A stretch of 64,000 nt of DNA from the human T2T-CHM13v2.0 reference genome, Homo sapiens, in the NCBI RefSeq assembly GCF_009914755.1, contig NC_060933.1. One strand, written 5' to 3'. Position 1 is the stretch's first letter. Every line of letters starts with the position of its first letter. The position numbers and the translations under genes are program-made. The notes beneath the pieces are model-generated. The model made no database searches. It saw nothing but the letters and a program-made list of their open reading frames with translations, and was not told where the DNA came from. Of this stretch, positions 15,501 through 26,400 are shown in pieces.

Positions 15501-17750
15501 TTCTTTCCATTCCATTCAAGTTGAATCCATTCCATTGCATTCCATTCCATTCCATTCCCCTGCAGTCGGGTTGTTTCCATTCCATTCCATTCCATTCCAT
15601 TCCATTCCATTCCATTCCGTTCCATTCCATTCCATTCCATTCTATTCGGGTTAATTCCATTCCATTCCATTCCATTCCATTCCATTCCAATCGAGTTGAT
15701 TCCATTCCATTCCATTCCATTCCATTCCACTCCATTCCATTCCTTTCCATTCCATTCCACTCGGGTTGATCCCAATGTATTCCTTTCCATTCCATTCCAT
15801 TCCATTGCAATCGAGTTGATTCCATTGCTTTGCATTCCACTCCATTCCATTCCATTCCGGATGATTCCATTCCATTGCATTCCATTCCATTCCATTCCCC
15901 TGCACTCGGGTTGATTCCATTCCATTCCACTCCATTCCGTTCCATTCCATTCCATTCCATAACATTCCATTCCATTCCATTCCATTACAATCGAGTTGAT
16001 TCCATTCCATTCCATTCCATTCCAGTCCTTTCCATTCCATTCCTCTCGGGTTGATTCCATTCTATTAGTTTCCATTCCATTCCATTCCCTTCCATTCCAC
16101 TCTGGTTGATTCCATTCCTTTCCATTCCACTCGAATACATTCCCTCCTATTCCAATCGGAACGATTCCATTCCATTCCATTCCATTCCATTCCATTCCAT
16201 TCCATTCCATTCCTTTTCGTTCCATTCCATTCTATTCCGTATCATTCCATTCCATGCCATTCCATTCCATTCCATTCCATTCCATTCCATTGCATTCCAT
16301 TGTACTCGGGTTGATTCAATTCCATTGCATTCCATTCCATTCCATGCCATTCCATTCCATTCCGTTGCATTCCATTCCATTACATTCGGATTGATTCTAT
16401 TCAACTCCCTGACTCTCCATTACTTTCCATTCCATTCGGGTAGTTTCCATTCCATTCCATTCCATTCCTCTTCATTTCATTGAACTCGGGTTGATTCCAT
16501 TCCATTGCATTCCATTCCATTCCATTCAATTCCATTCCGTTCCATTCCATTCCATTACATTCGGATTGATTCTATTCAACTCCCTTACTCTCCATTACAT
16601 TCCATTCCATTCGGGTTGTTCCATTCCATTCCATTCCTTTCCACTCCATTCCATTGCACTCGGGTTGATTCCATTCCATTCCATTCCATTCCATTCCATT
16701 CCATTTCATTCCATTCCGGAAGATTCCATTCCATTGCATTCCATTGCATTCCATTCCCCTGCACTCGCGTTGATTCCATTCCATTCCATTCCATTCCATT
16801 CCATTCCATTCCATTCCTTTCCGTTCCATTCCATTCCATTCCAATCCGTTCCATTCCGTTCCGTTCCGTTCCATTCCATTCCATTCCATTCTATTCGGGT
16901 TAATTCCATTTCATTCCATTCGATTGCAATCGAGTTGATTCCATTCCATTCCATTCCATTCCTTTCCATTCCATTACGGATGATTCCATTCCATTGCATT
17001 CCATTCCATTCCATTCCCCTGTACTCGGGTTGATTCCATTCCATTCCATTCCAATCCATGCCATTCCACTCGTGTTGATTCCATTCTTTCCATTCCATTC
17101 AAGTTGAATGCATTCCATTGCATTCCATTCCATTCCATTCCCCTGCAGTCGGGTTGTTTCCATTCCATTCCATTCCATTCCATTCCATTCCATTCCGTTC
17201 CGTTCCGTTCCGTTCCATTCCATTGCATTCCATTCTATTCGGGTTAATTCCATTCCATTCCATTCCATTCCATTCCATTCCAATCGAGTTGAGTCCATTC
17301 CATTCCATTCCATTTCACTCCATTCCATTGCACTCGGGTTGATTCCATTCCATTCCATTCCATTGCATTCCATTCCATTCCATTCCGGATGATTCTATTC
17401 CATTGCATTCCATTCCATTCCATTCCCCTGCACTCGGGTTGGTTCCATTCCATTCCATTCCATTACATTCCGTTCCATTCCATTCCATTCCATTCGGATT
17501 GATTCTATTCAATTCCCTTACACTCCATTACATTCCATTCCATTCGGGTAGTTTCCATTCCATTCCATTCCATTCCTCTCCATTCCATTGCACTCGGGTT
17601 GATTCCATTGCATTCCATTCCATTCCATTCCATTCCATTACATTCCATTCCATTCCGTTCCATTGGACTCGGGTTGATTCCATTCCATTGCATTCCATTC
17701 CATTCCATTCTATTCCATTCCATTCCATTCCATTCCATTCCATTACATTC
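6600..17750. repeat. Tandem duplication with period ~5585-5590 bp (~6600-12160 and ~12185-17750)
   Basis: Identical conceptual translations occur at constant offset: 7632..7955 vs 13217..13540, 10106..10324 vs 15696..15914, 11310..11783 vs 16900..17373, 11725..11922 vs 17315..17512. Private variants are shared (GAGTTGAGTCC ~11696/17286; GGGTTGGTTCC ~11846/17436). Similarity ends near 12160/17750. Confidence 0.9.
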
Positions 17751-20137
17751 GGATTGATTCTATTCAACTCCCTTACTCTCCATTACATTCCATTCCATTC
17801 GGTTGTTCCGTTCCATTCCATTCCATTCCACTCCATTCCATTGCACTCGGGTTGATTCCATTCCATTCCATTCCATTCCATTCCGGATGATTCCATTCCA
17901 TTGCATTCCGTTCCATTACATTCCCCTGCACTCGGGTTGATTCCATTCCATTCCATTCCATTCCATTCGATTCCATTCCATTCCAATTCTTTCCATTCCA
18001 TTCTATTCCGTACCATGCCATTGCATTCCATACAATTCCATTCCATTCCATTCCACTCCGTTCCCTTCCGTTGCGTTCCGTTCCGTTCCATTTCATTCCA
18101 TTCCATTCTATTCGGGTTAATTCCATTCCATTCCATTCGATTGCAATCGAGTTGATTCCATTCCATTCCATTCCATTCCATTCCATTCCATTCCTTTCCA
18201 TTCCATTACGGATGATTCAATTCCATTGCATTCCATTCCATTCCATTCCCCTGTTCTCGGGTTGATTCCATTCCATTCCATTCCATTCCAATCCATGCCA
18301 TTCTACTCGTGTTGATTCCATTCTTTCCATTCTATTCAAGTTGAATCCATTCCATTGCATTCCATTCCATTCGATTCCATTCGATTGCACTCGGGTTGAT
18401 TCCATTCCATTGCATTCCATTCCATTCCATTCCATTCCATTCCATTCCATTCCATTCCGTTCCGTTCCATTCCATTCCATTACATTCGGATTGATTCTAT
18501 TCAATTCCCTTACACTCCATTACATTCCATTCCATTCGGGTAGTTTCCATTCCGTTCCATTCCATTCCTCTCCATTCCATTGAACTCGGGTTGATTCCAT
18601 TCCATTGCATTCCATTCCATTCCATTCAATTCCATTCCGTTCCATTCCATTCCATTACATTCGGATTGATTCTATTCAACTCCCTTACTCTCCATTCCAT
18701 TCCATTCCTTTCGGGTTGTTCCATTCCATTCCATTCCATTCCACTCCATTCCATTGCACTCGGGTTTATTCCATTCCATTCCATTCCATTCCATTCCACT
18801 CCATTCCGGAAGATTCCATTCCATTGCATTCCATTCCATTACATTCCCCTGCACTCGCGTTGATTCCATTCCATTCCATTCCATTCCATTCCATTCCATT
18901 CCATTCCATTCCATTCCTTTCCGTTCCATTCCATTCCATTCCATTCCATTCCAATCCATTCCATTCCGTTCCGTTCCGTTCCATTCCATTCCATTCCATT
19001 CTATTCGGGTTAATTCCATTCCATTCCATTCGATTGCAATGGAGTTGATTCCATTCCATTCCATTCCATTCCATTCCTTTCCATTCCATTACGGATGATT
19101 CCATTACATTGCATTCCATTCCATTCCATTCCCCTGTACTCGGGTTGATTCCATTCCATTCCATTCCAATTCCTGCCATTCCACTCGTGTTGATTCCATT
19201 CTTTCCATTCCATTCAAGTTGAATCCATTCCATTGCATTCCATTCCATTCCATTCCCCTGCAGTCGGGTTGTTTCCATTCCATTCCATTCCATTCCATTC
19301 CATTCCATTCCATTCCGTTCCATTCCATTCCATTCCATTCTATTCGGGTTAATTCCATTCCATTCCATTCCATTCCATTCCATTCCAATCGAGTTGATTC
19401 CATTCCATTCCATTCCATTCCATTCCACTCCATTCCATTCCTTTCCATTCCATTCCACTCGGGTTGATGCCAATGTATTCCTTTCCATTCCATTCCATTC
19501 CATTGCAATCGAGTTGATTCCATTGCTTTGCATTCCACTCCATTCCATTCCATTCCGGATGATTCCATTCCATTGCATTCCATTCCATTCCATTCCCCTG
19601 CACTCGGGTTGATTCCATTCCATTCCACTCCATTCCGTTCCATTCCATTCCATTCCATTCCATTCCATTCCATTCCATTACAATCGAGTTGATTCCATTC
19701 CATTCCATTCCATTCCAGTCCTTTCCATTCCATTCCTCTCGTGTTGATTCCATTCTATTAGTTTCCATTCCATTCCATTCCCTTCCATTCCACTCTGGTT
19801 GATTCCATTCCTTTCCATTCCACTCGAATACATTCCCTCCTATTCCAATCGGAACGATTCCATTCCATTCCATTCCATTCCATTCCATTCCATTCCATTC
19901 CATTCCATTCCTTTTCGTTCCATTCCATTCTATTCCGTATCGTTCCATTCCATGCCATGCCATTCCATTCCATTCCATTCCATTCAATTGCATTCCATTG
20001 TACTCGGGTTGATTCAATTCCATTGCATTCCATTCCATTCCATTCCATTCCATTCCATTCCATTCCATTCCGTTGCATTCCATTCCATTACATTCGGATT
20101 GATTCTATTCAACTCCCTGACTCTCCATTACATTCCA
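12735..20137. repeat. Tandem ~3.69-3.71 kb higher-order unit (~12735-16420 and ~16420-20137); a further full copy at ~7150-10835 and a partial copy at ~10835-12160
   Basis: Matching ORF starts: 12808/16491, 13217/16900, 14208/17901, 14888/18591, 15521/19219, 16106/19799 and 7218/10906. The rare module CTCGAATACATTCCCTCCTATTCCAATCGGAACG occurs once per full unit (~10540, ~16130, ~19823). Confidence 0.88.
18803..18817. promoter_or_regulatory. Perfect 3-unit heat-shock-element motif (representative copy, last left of the junction)
   Basis: aTTCc-gGAAg-aTTCc, the reverse complement of the same module. Motif match only. Confidence 0.55.
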
Positions 20138-20143
20138 TGGAAT
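20132..20143. other. Strand-inversion breakpoint within the satellite; 12-bp perfect palindrome ATTCCATGGAAT (contains CCATGG, an NcoI site)
   Basis: The sequence reads ...CTCTCCATTACATTCCAT-GGAATAGAATGGAATGG...; polarity switches abruptly with no inserted bases, and the central AT (20137-20138) is shared by both orientations. ORF 19799..20185 switches from IPFHS to MEWNG here. Confidence 0.97.
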
Positions 20144-20483
20144 AGAATGGAATGGAATGGAATGGAATGGAATCAAACCGAGTAAAGGGGAATGGAATGG
20201 AATGCAATGCAATGGAATGGAATCATCCGTAATGGAATGGAAAGGAATGGAATGGAATGGAATGGAATGGAATGGAATGGAATCAACTCGATTGCAATCG
20301 AATGGAATGGAATGGAATTCACCCGAATAGAATGGAATGGAATGGAACGGAAAAGAACGGAACGGAATGGAATGGAATGCAATGGAACGGAACGGAACGG
20401 AATGGAATGGAATGGAATGGAATGGAATGGAATGGAATCAACGCGAGTGCAGGGGAATGGAATGGAATAGATTGCAATGGAAT

Positions 20484-20498
20484 GGAATCTTCCGGAAT
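20484..20498. promoter_or_regulatory. Perfect 3-unit heat-shock-element motif nGAAnnTTCnnGAAn (representative copy, first right of the junction)
   Basis: gGAAt-cTTCc-gGAAt matches the canonical HSF1 element. This is a motif match only; occupancy is not shown. Confidence 0.55.
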
Positions 20499-23400
20499 GG
20501 AATGGAATGGAATGGAATGGAATGCAATGGATTCAACTCGATTGCAATGGAATGGAATAGAATGGAATGGAATGGAATGAAATGGAATTAACCCGAATGG
20601 AATGGAATGGAATGGAATGGAACGGAACGGAACGGAACGGAACGGAACGGAATGGAATGGAATGGAATGGAATTGTATGGAATGGAAAGGAATGGTACGG
20701 AATAGAATGGAATGTAAAGAATTGGAATGGAATGGAATCGAATGGAATGGAATGGAATGGAATGGAATCAACCCGAGTGCAGGGGAATGTAATGGAACGG
20801 AATGCAATGGAATGGAATCATCCGGAATGGAATGGAATGGAATGGAATGGAATGGAATGGAATGGAATGGAGTCAAACCGAGTGCAATGGAACGGAGTGG
20901 AATGGAATGGAATGGAATGGAACAACCCGAATGGAATGGAATGTAATGGAGAGTAAGGGAGTTGAATAGAATCAATCCGAATGGAATGGAATGGAATGGA
21001 ACGGAATGGAATGGAATGTAATGGAATGCAATGGAGTGGAATCAACCCGAGTACAATGTAATGGAATGGAATGGAATGGAATGGAATGGAATCAACCCGA
21101 GTACAATGGAATAGAGAGGAATGGAATGGAAAGGAATGGAAACTACCCGAATGGAATGGAATGTAATGGAGTGTAAGGGAATTGAATAGAATCAATCCGA
21201 ATGGAATGGAATGGAATGGAACGGAATGTAATGTAATGTAATGGAATGGAAACAACCCGATTGCAGGGGAAAGGAATGGAATGGAATGCAATGGAATGGA
21301 ATCATCCGGAATGGAATGGAATGGAATGCAATGGAATTATCCCGAGTGCAATGGAATGGAGTGAAATGGAATGGAATGGAATGGAAACAACCAGAATGGA
21401 TTGGAATATAATGGAGTGTAAGGGAATTGAATAGAATCAATCTGAATGTAATGAAATGGAATGGAACGGAATGTAATGGAATGGAATGCAATGGAATGGA
21501 ATCAACCCGAGTGCAATCGAATGGAATCGAATGGAATGGAATGCAATGGAATGGATTCAACCTGAATGGAATGGAAAGAATGGAATCAACAAGAGTGGAA
21601 TGGCATGGATTGGAATGGAATGGAATGGAATCAACCCGAGTACAGGGGAACGGAATGGAATGGAATGCAATGGAATGGAATCATCCGTAATGGAATGGAA
21701 AAGAATGGAATGGAATGGAATGGAATGGAATGGAATGGAATCAACTCGATTGCAATCGAATGGAATGGAATGGAATTAACCCGAATAGAATGGAATGGAA
21801 TGGAATGGAACGGAACGGAATGGAATGGAATGGAATGGAATGGAACGGAAAGGAATGGAATGGAATGGAATGGAATGGAATCAACCCGAGTGCAATGGAA
21901 TGGAGTGGAATGGAATGGAATTGAATGGAACAACCCGAATGGAATGGAATGTAATGGAGAGTAAGGGAGTTGAAAAGAATCAATCCGAATGTAATGGAAT
22001 GGAATGGAACGGAACGGAATGGAATGGAATGGAATGGAATGGAATGCAATGGAATGGAATCAACCAGAGTGCAATCGAATGGAATCGAATGGAATGGAAT
22101 GCAATGGAATGGATTCAACTTGAATGGAATGGAAAGAATGGAATCAACACGAGTGGAATGGCATGGATTGGAATGGAATGGAATGGAATCAACCCGAGTA
22201 CAAGGGAATGGAATGGAATGGAATGCAATGGAATGGAATCATCCGGAATGGAATGGAATGGAATGGAATGGAATGGAATGGAATGGTATGGAATGGAATG
22301 GAATGGAATGGAATAAACGCGAGTGCAGGGGAATGTAATGGAACGGAATACAATGGAATGGAATCATCCGGAATGGAATGGAATGGAATGGAATGCAATG
22401 GAATGGAATGGAATCAACCCGAGTGCAATGGAATGGAGTGGAATGGAATGGAATGGAATGGAACAACCCGAATGGAATGGAATGTAATGGAGAGTAACGG
22501 AGTTGAATAGAATCAATCCGAATGTAATGGAATGGAATGGAACGGAATGGAATGGAATGGAATGGAACGCAATGGAATGGAATCAACCCGAGTACAATGG
22601 AATGGAATGGAATGGAATGGAATAGAATGGAATGGAATGGAGTGGAATTGAATGGAATGGAATGGCTTCAAACCGAATGGAATGGAAAGGAATGGAATCA
22701 ACACGAGTGAAATATAATGGAATGGAATGGAAACAACCAGAATGGATTGGAATACAATGGAGTGTAAGGGAATTGAATAGAATCAATCTGAATGTAATGA
22801 AATGGAATGGAACGGAATGGAATGGAATGGAATGGAATGGAATGCAATGGAATGGAATCAACCCGAGTGCAATCGAATGGAATCGAATGGAATGTAATGC
22901 AATGGAATGGATTCAACTTGAATGGAATGGAAAGAATGGAATCAACACGAGTGGAATGGCATGGATTGGAATGGAATGGAATGGAATCAACCCGAGTACA
23001 GGGTAATGGAATGGAATGGAATGCAATGGAATGGAATCATCCGTAATGGAATGGAAAGGAATGGAATGGAATGGAATGGAATGGAATGGAATGGAATCAA
23101 CTCGATTGTAATCGAATGGAATGGAATGGAATTAACCCGAATAGAATGGAATGGAATGGAATGGAACGGAACGGAACGGAACGGAACGGAACGGAATGGA
23201 ATGGAATGAAATGGAATGGAATGGAATTGTATGGAATGGAATGGAATGGTACGGAATAGAATGGAATGGAAAGAATTGGAATGCAATGGAATCGAATGGA
23301 ATGATATGGAATGGAATGGAACGGAATGGAATGGAATTAACCCGAATGGAATGGAATGGAATGGAATGGAATGGAGTGGAACGGAACGGAACGGAATGGA

Positions 23401-26400
23401 ATGGAATGGAATGGAATGGAATGGAATGGAATGGAATGCAATGGAATGGAATCAACCGGAGTGCAATCGAATGGAATCGAATGGTATGGAATGCAATGGA
23501 ATGGATTCAACTTGAATGGAATGGAAAGAATGGAATCAACACGAGTGGAATGGCATGGATTGGAATGGAATGGAATGGAATCAACCCGAGTACAGGGGAA
23601 TGGAATGGAATGGAATGCAATGGAATGGAATCATCCGTAATGGAATGGAAAGGAATGGAATGGAATGGAATGGAATGGAATGGAATAGAATGGAATGCAA
23701 TCAACTCGATTGCAATCGAATGGAATGGAATGGAATTAACCCGAATAGAATGGAATGGAATGGAATGGAACGGAACGGAACGGAATGGAATGGATTGGAA
23801 TGGAATGGAATGGAATGGAATGGAACGGAAAGGAATGGAATGGAATGGAATGGAATGGAATGGAATGGAATGGAATGGAATCAACGCGAGTGCAGGGGAA
23901 TGGAATGGAATGGAATGCAATGGAATGGAATCTTCCGGAATGGAATGGGATGGAATGGAATGGAATGGAATGGAATGGAATAAACCCGAGTGCAATGGAA
24001 TGGAGTGGAATGGAATGGAATGCAATGGAACAACCCGAATGGAATGGAATGTAATGGAGAGTAAGGGAGTTGAATAGAATCAATCCGAATGTAATGGAAT
24101 GGAATGCAACGGAATGGAATGGAATGGAATGGAATGGAATGGAATGGAATGGAATGGAATGGAATCAACCCGAGTGCAATGGAATGGAGAGGAATGGAAT
24201 GGAATGGAATGGAAACTACCCGAATGGAATGGAATGTAATGGAGTGTAAGGGAATTGAATAGAATCAATCCGAATGTAATGGAATGGAATGGAACGGAAT
24301 GGAAAGGAATGGAATGGAATGGAATGCAATGGAATGGAATCAACCCGAGTGCAATCGAATGGAATCGAATGGAATGGAATACAATGGAATGGATTCAACT
24401 TGAATGGAATGGAAAGAATGGAATCAACACGAGTGGAATGGCATGGATTGGAATGGAATGGAATGGAATCAACCCGAGTACAGGGGAATGGAATGGAATG
24501 GAATGCAATGGAATGGAATCATCCGTAATGGAATGGAAAGGAATGGAATGGAATGGAATGGAATGGAATGGAATGGAATGGAATCAACTCGATTGCAATC
24601 GAATGGAATGGAATGGAATTAACCCGAATAGAATGGAATGGAACGGAACGGAATGGAATGGAATGGAATGGAATGGAATGGAATGGAATGGAATGGAATG
24701 AAATGGAATAAACGCGAGTGCAGGGGTATGGAATGGAATGGAATGCAATGGAATGGAATCTTCCGGAATGGAATGGAATGCAATGGAATGGAATGAAATG
24801 CAATGGATTCAACTCGATTGCAATGGAATGGAATAGAATGGAATGGAATGGAATGGAATGGAATTAATTCGAATAGAATGGAATGGAATGGAATGGAACC
24901 GAATGGACCGGAATGGAATGGAATGGAATGGAATGGAATGCTATGGAATGGAATGGAATGGTACGGAATAGAATGCAATGGAACGAATTGCAATGGAATG
25001 GAATTGAATGGAATGGAATGGAATGGAATGGAATCAACGCGAGTGCAGGAGAATGTAATGGAACGGAATGCAATGGAATGGAATCATCCGGAATGGAATG
25101 GAATAGAATGGAATGGAATGGAATCAACCCGAGGGCAATGGAATGGAGTGGAATGGAATGGAATGGAATGGAACAACCCGAATGGAATGGAATGTAATGG
25201 AGAGTAAGGGAGTTGAATAGAATCAATCCGAATGTAATGGAATGGAATGCAACGGAATGGAATGGAAAGGAATGCAATGGAATTGAATCAACCCGAGTAC
25301 AATGGAATGGAATGGAATGGAATGGAATGGAATGGAATGATACGGAATAGAATGCAATTGAACGAAATGGAATGGAATGGAATGGAATGGAATGGAATGG
25401 AATGGAATGGAATGGAATCGTTCCGAGTGGAATAGGAGGGAATGTATTCGAGTGGAATGGAAAGGAATGGAATCAACCAGACTGGAATGGAAGGGAATGG
25501 AATGGAATGGAAACTAATAGAATGGAATCAACCCGAGAGGAATGGAATGGAAAGGACTGCAATGGAATGGAATGGAATGGAATCAACTCGATTGTAATGG
25601 AATGGAATGGAATGGAATGGAATGGAATGGAATTAACCCGAATACAATGCAATGGAATGGAATGGAACGGAATGGAGTGGAATGGAATGGAATCAACCCG
25701 AGTGCAGGGGAATGGAATGGAATGGAATGCAATGGAATGGAATCATCCGGAATGGAATGGAATGGAATGGAAGGCAAACAATTGATTCAACTCGATTGCA
25801 ATGGAAAGGAATGGAATGGAATGGAAAGGAATACATTGGAATCAACCCGAGTGGAATGGAATGGAAAGGACTGGAATGGAGTGGAATGGAATGGAATGGA
25901 ATGGAATGGAATCAATTCGATTGAAATGGAATGGAATGGAATGGAATGGAATGGAATGGAATGGAATTACCCCGAAGGGAATGGAATGGAATGGAATGGA
26001 AGGGAACGGAATGGAATGGAATGGAATGGAATGGAATGGAAACAACCCGACTGCAGGGGAATGGAACTGAATGGAATGCAATGGAATGGATTCAACTTGA
26101 ATGGAATGGAAATAATGGAATCAACACGAGTGGAATGGCATGGATTGGAATGGAATGGAATGGAATCAACCCGAGTACAGGGGAATGGAATGGAATGGAA
26201 TGCAATGGAATGGAATCATCCGTAATGGAATGGAAAAGAATGGAAAGGAATGGAATGGAATGGAATGGAATGGAATCAACTCGATTGCAATCGAATGGAA
26301 TGGAATGGAATTAACCCGAATAGAATGGAATGGAATGCAATGGAACGGAACGGAACGGAATGGAATGGATTGGAATGGAATGGAATGGAATGGAATGGAA

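Larger units (their letters stand above)
1..20137 (-). repeat. Human Satellite III (HSat3) array, block 1: (CATTC)n on + strand, i.e. (GGAAT)n on - strand
   Basis: Continuous CATTC pentamers interrupted every ~50-150 bp by ACTCGGGTTG, the reverse complement of CAACCCGAGT. This matches the classical Sat III consensus CAACCCGA(A/G)T(GGAAT)n. Long pure pentamer runs are present and the CATTCGATTC/GATGAT-dominated pattern of HSat2 is not. The array runs off the window start. Confidence 0.97.

Noticed and set aside
12735-20137. DYZ1 (Yq12, ~3.6 kb HSat3 unit) assignment
   Set aside because: The ~3.7-kb period is local, only 3-4 copies, and absent from the right block, unlike the regular DYZ1 array. 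Similar size is not evidence; k-mer classification is needed.
20132-20143. The junction creating a heat-shock element
   Set aside because: TTC (20133-20135) and GAA (20140-20142) are 4 nt apart; the canonical nTTCnnGAAn needs 2.
19799-20382. Chimeric ORFs crossing or abutting the junction
   Set aside because: They only reflect the strand switch; there is no coding evidence.
19000-21300. Exact fold-back (palindromic read or breakage-fusion-bridge) artefact
   Set aside because: Variant markers on the two sides are not mirror images beyond 12 bp. Another kind of mis-join still needs read-level exclusion.
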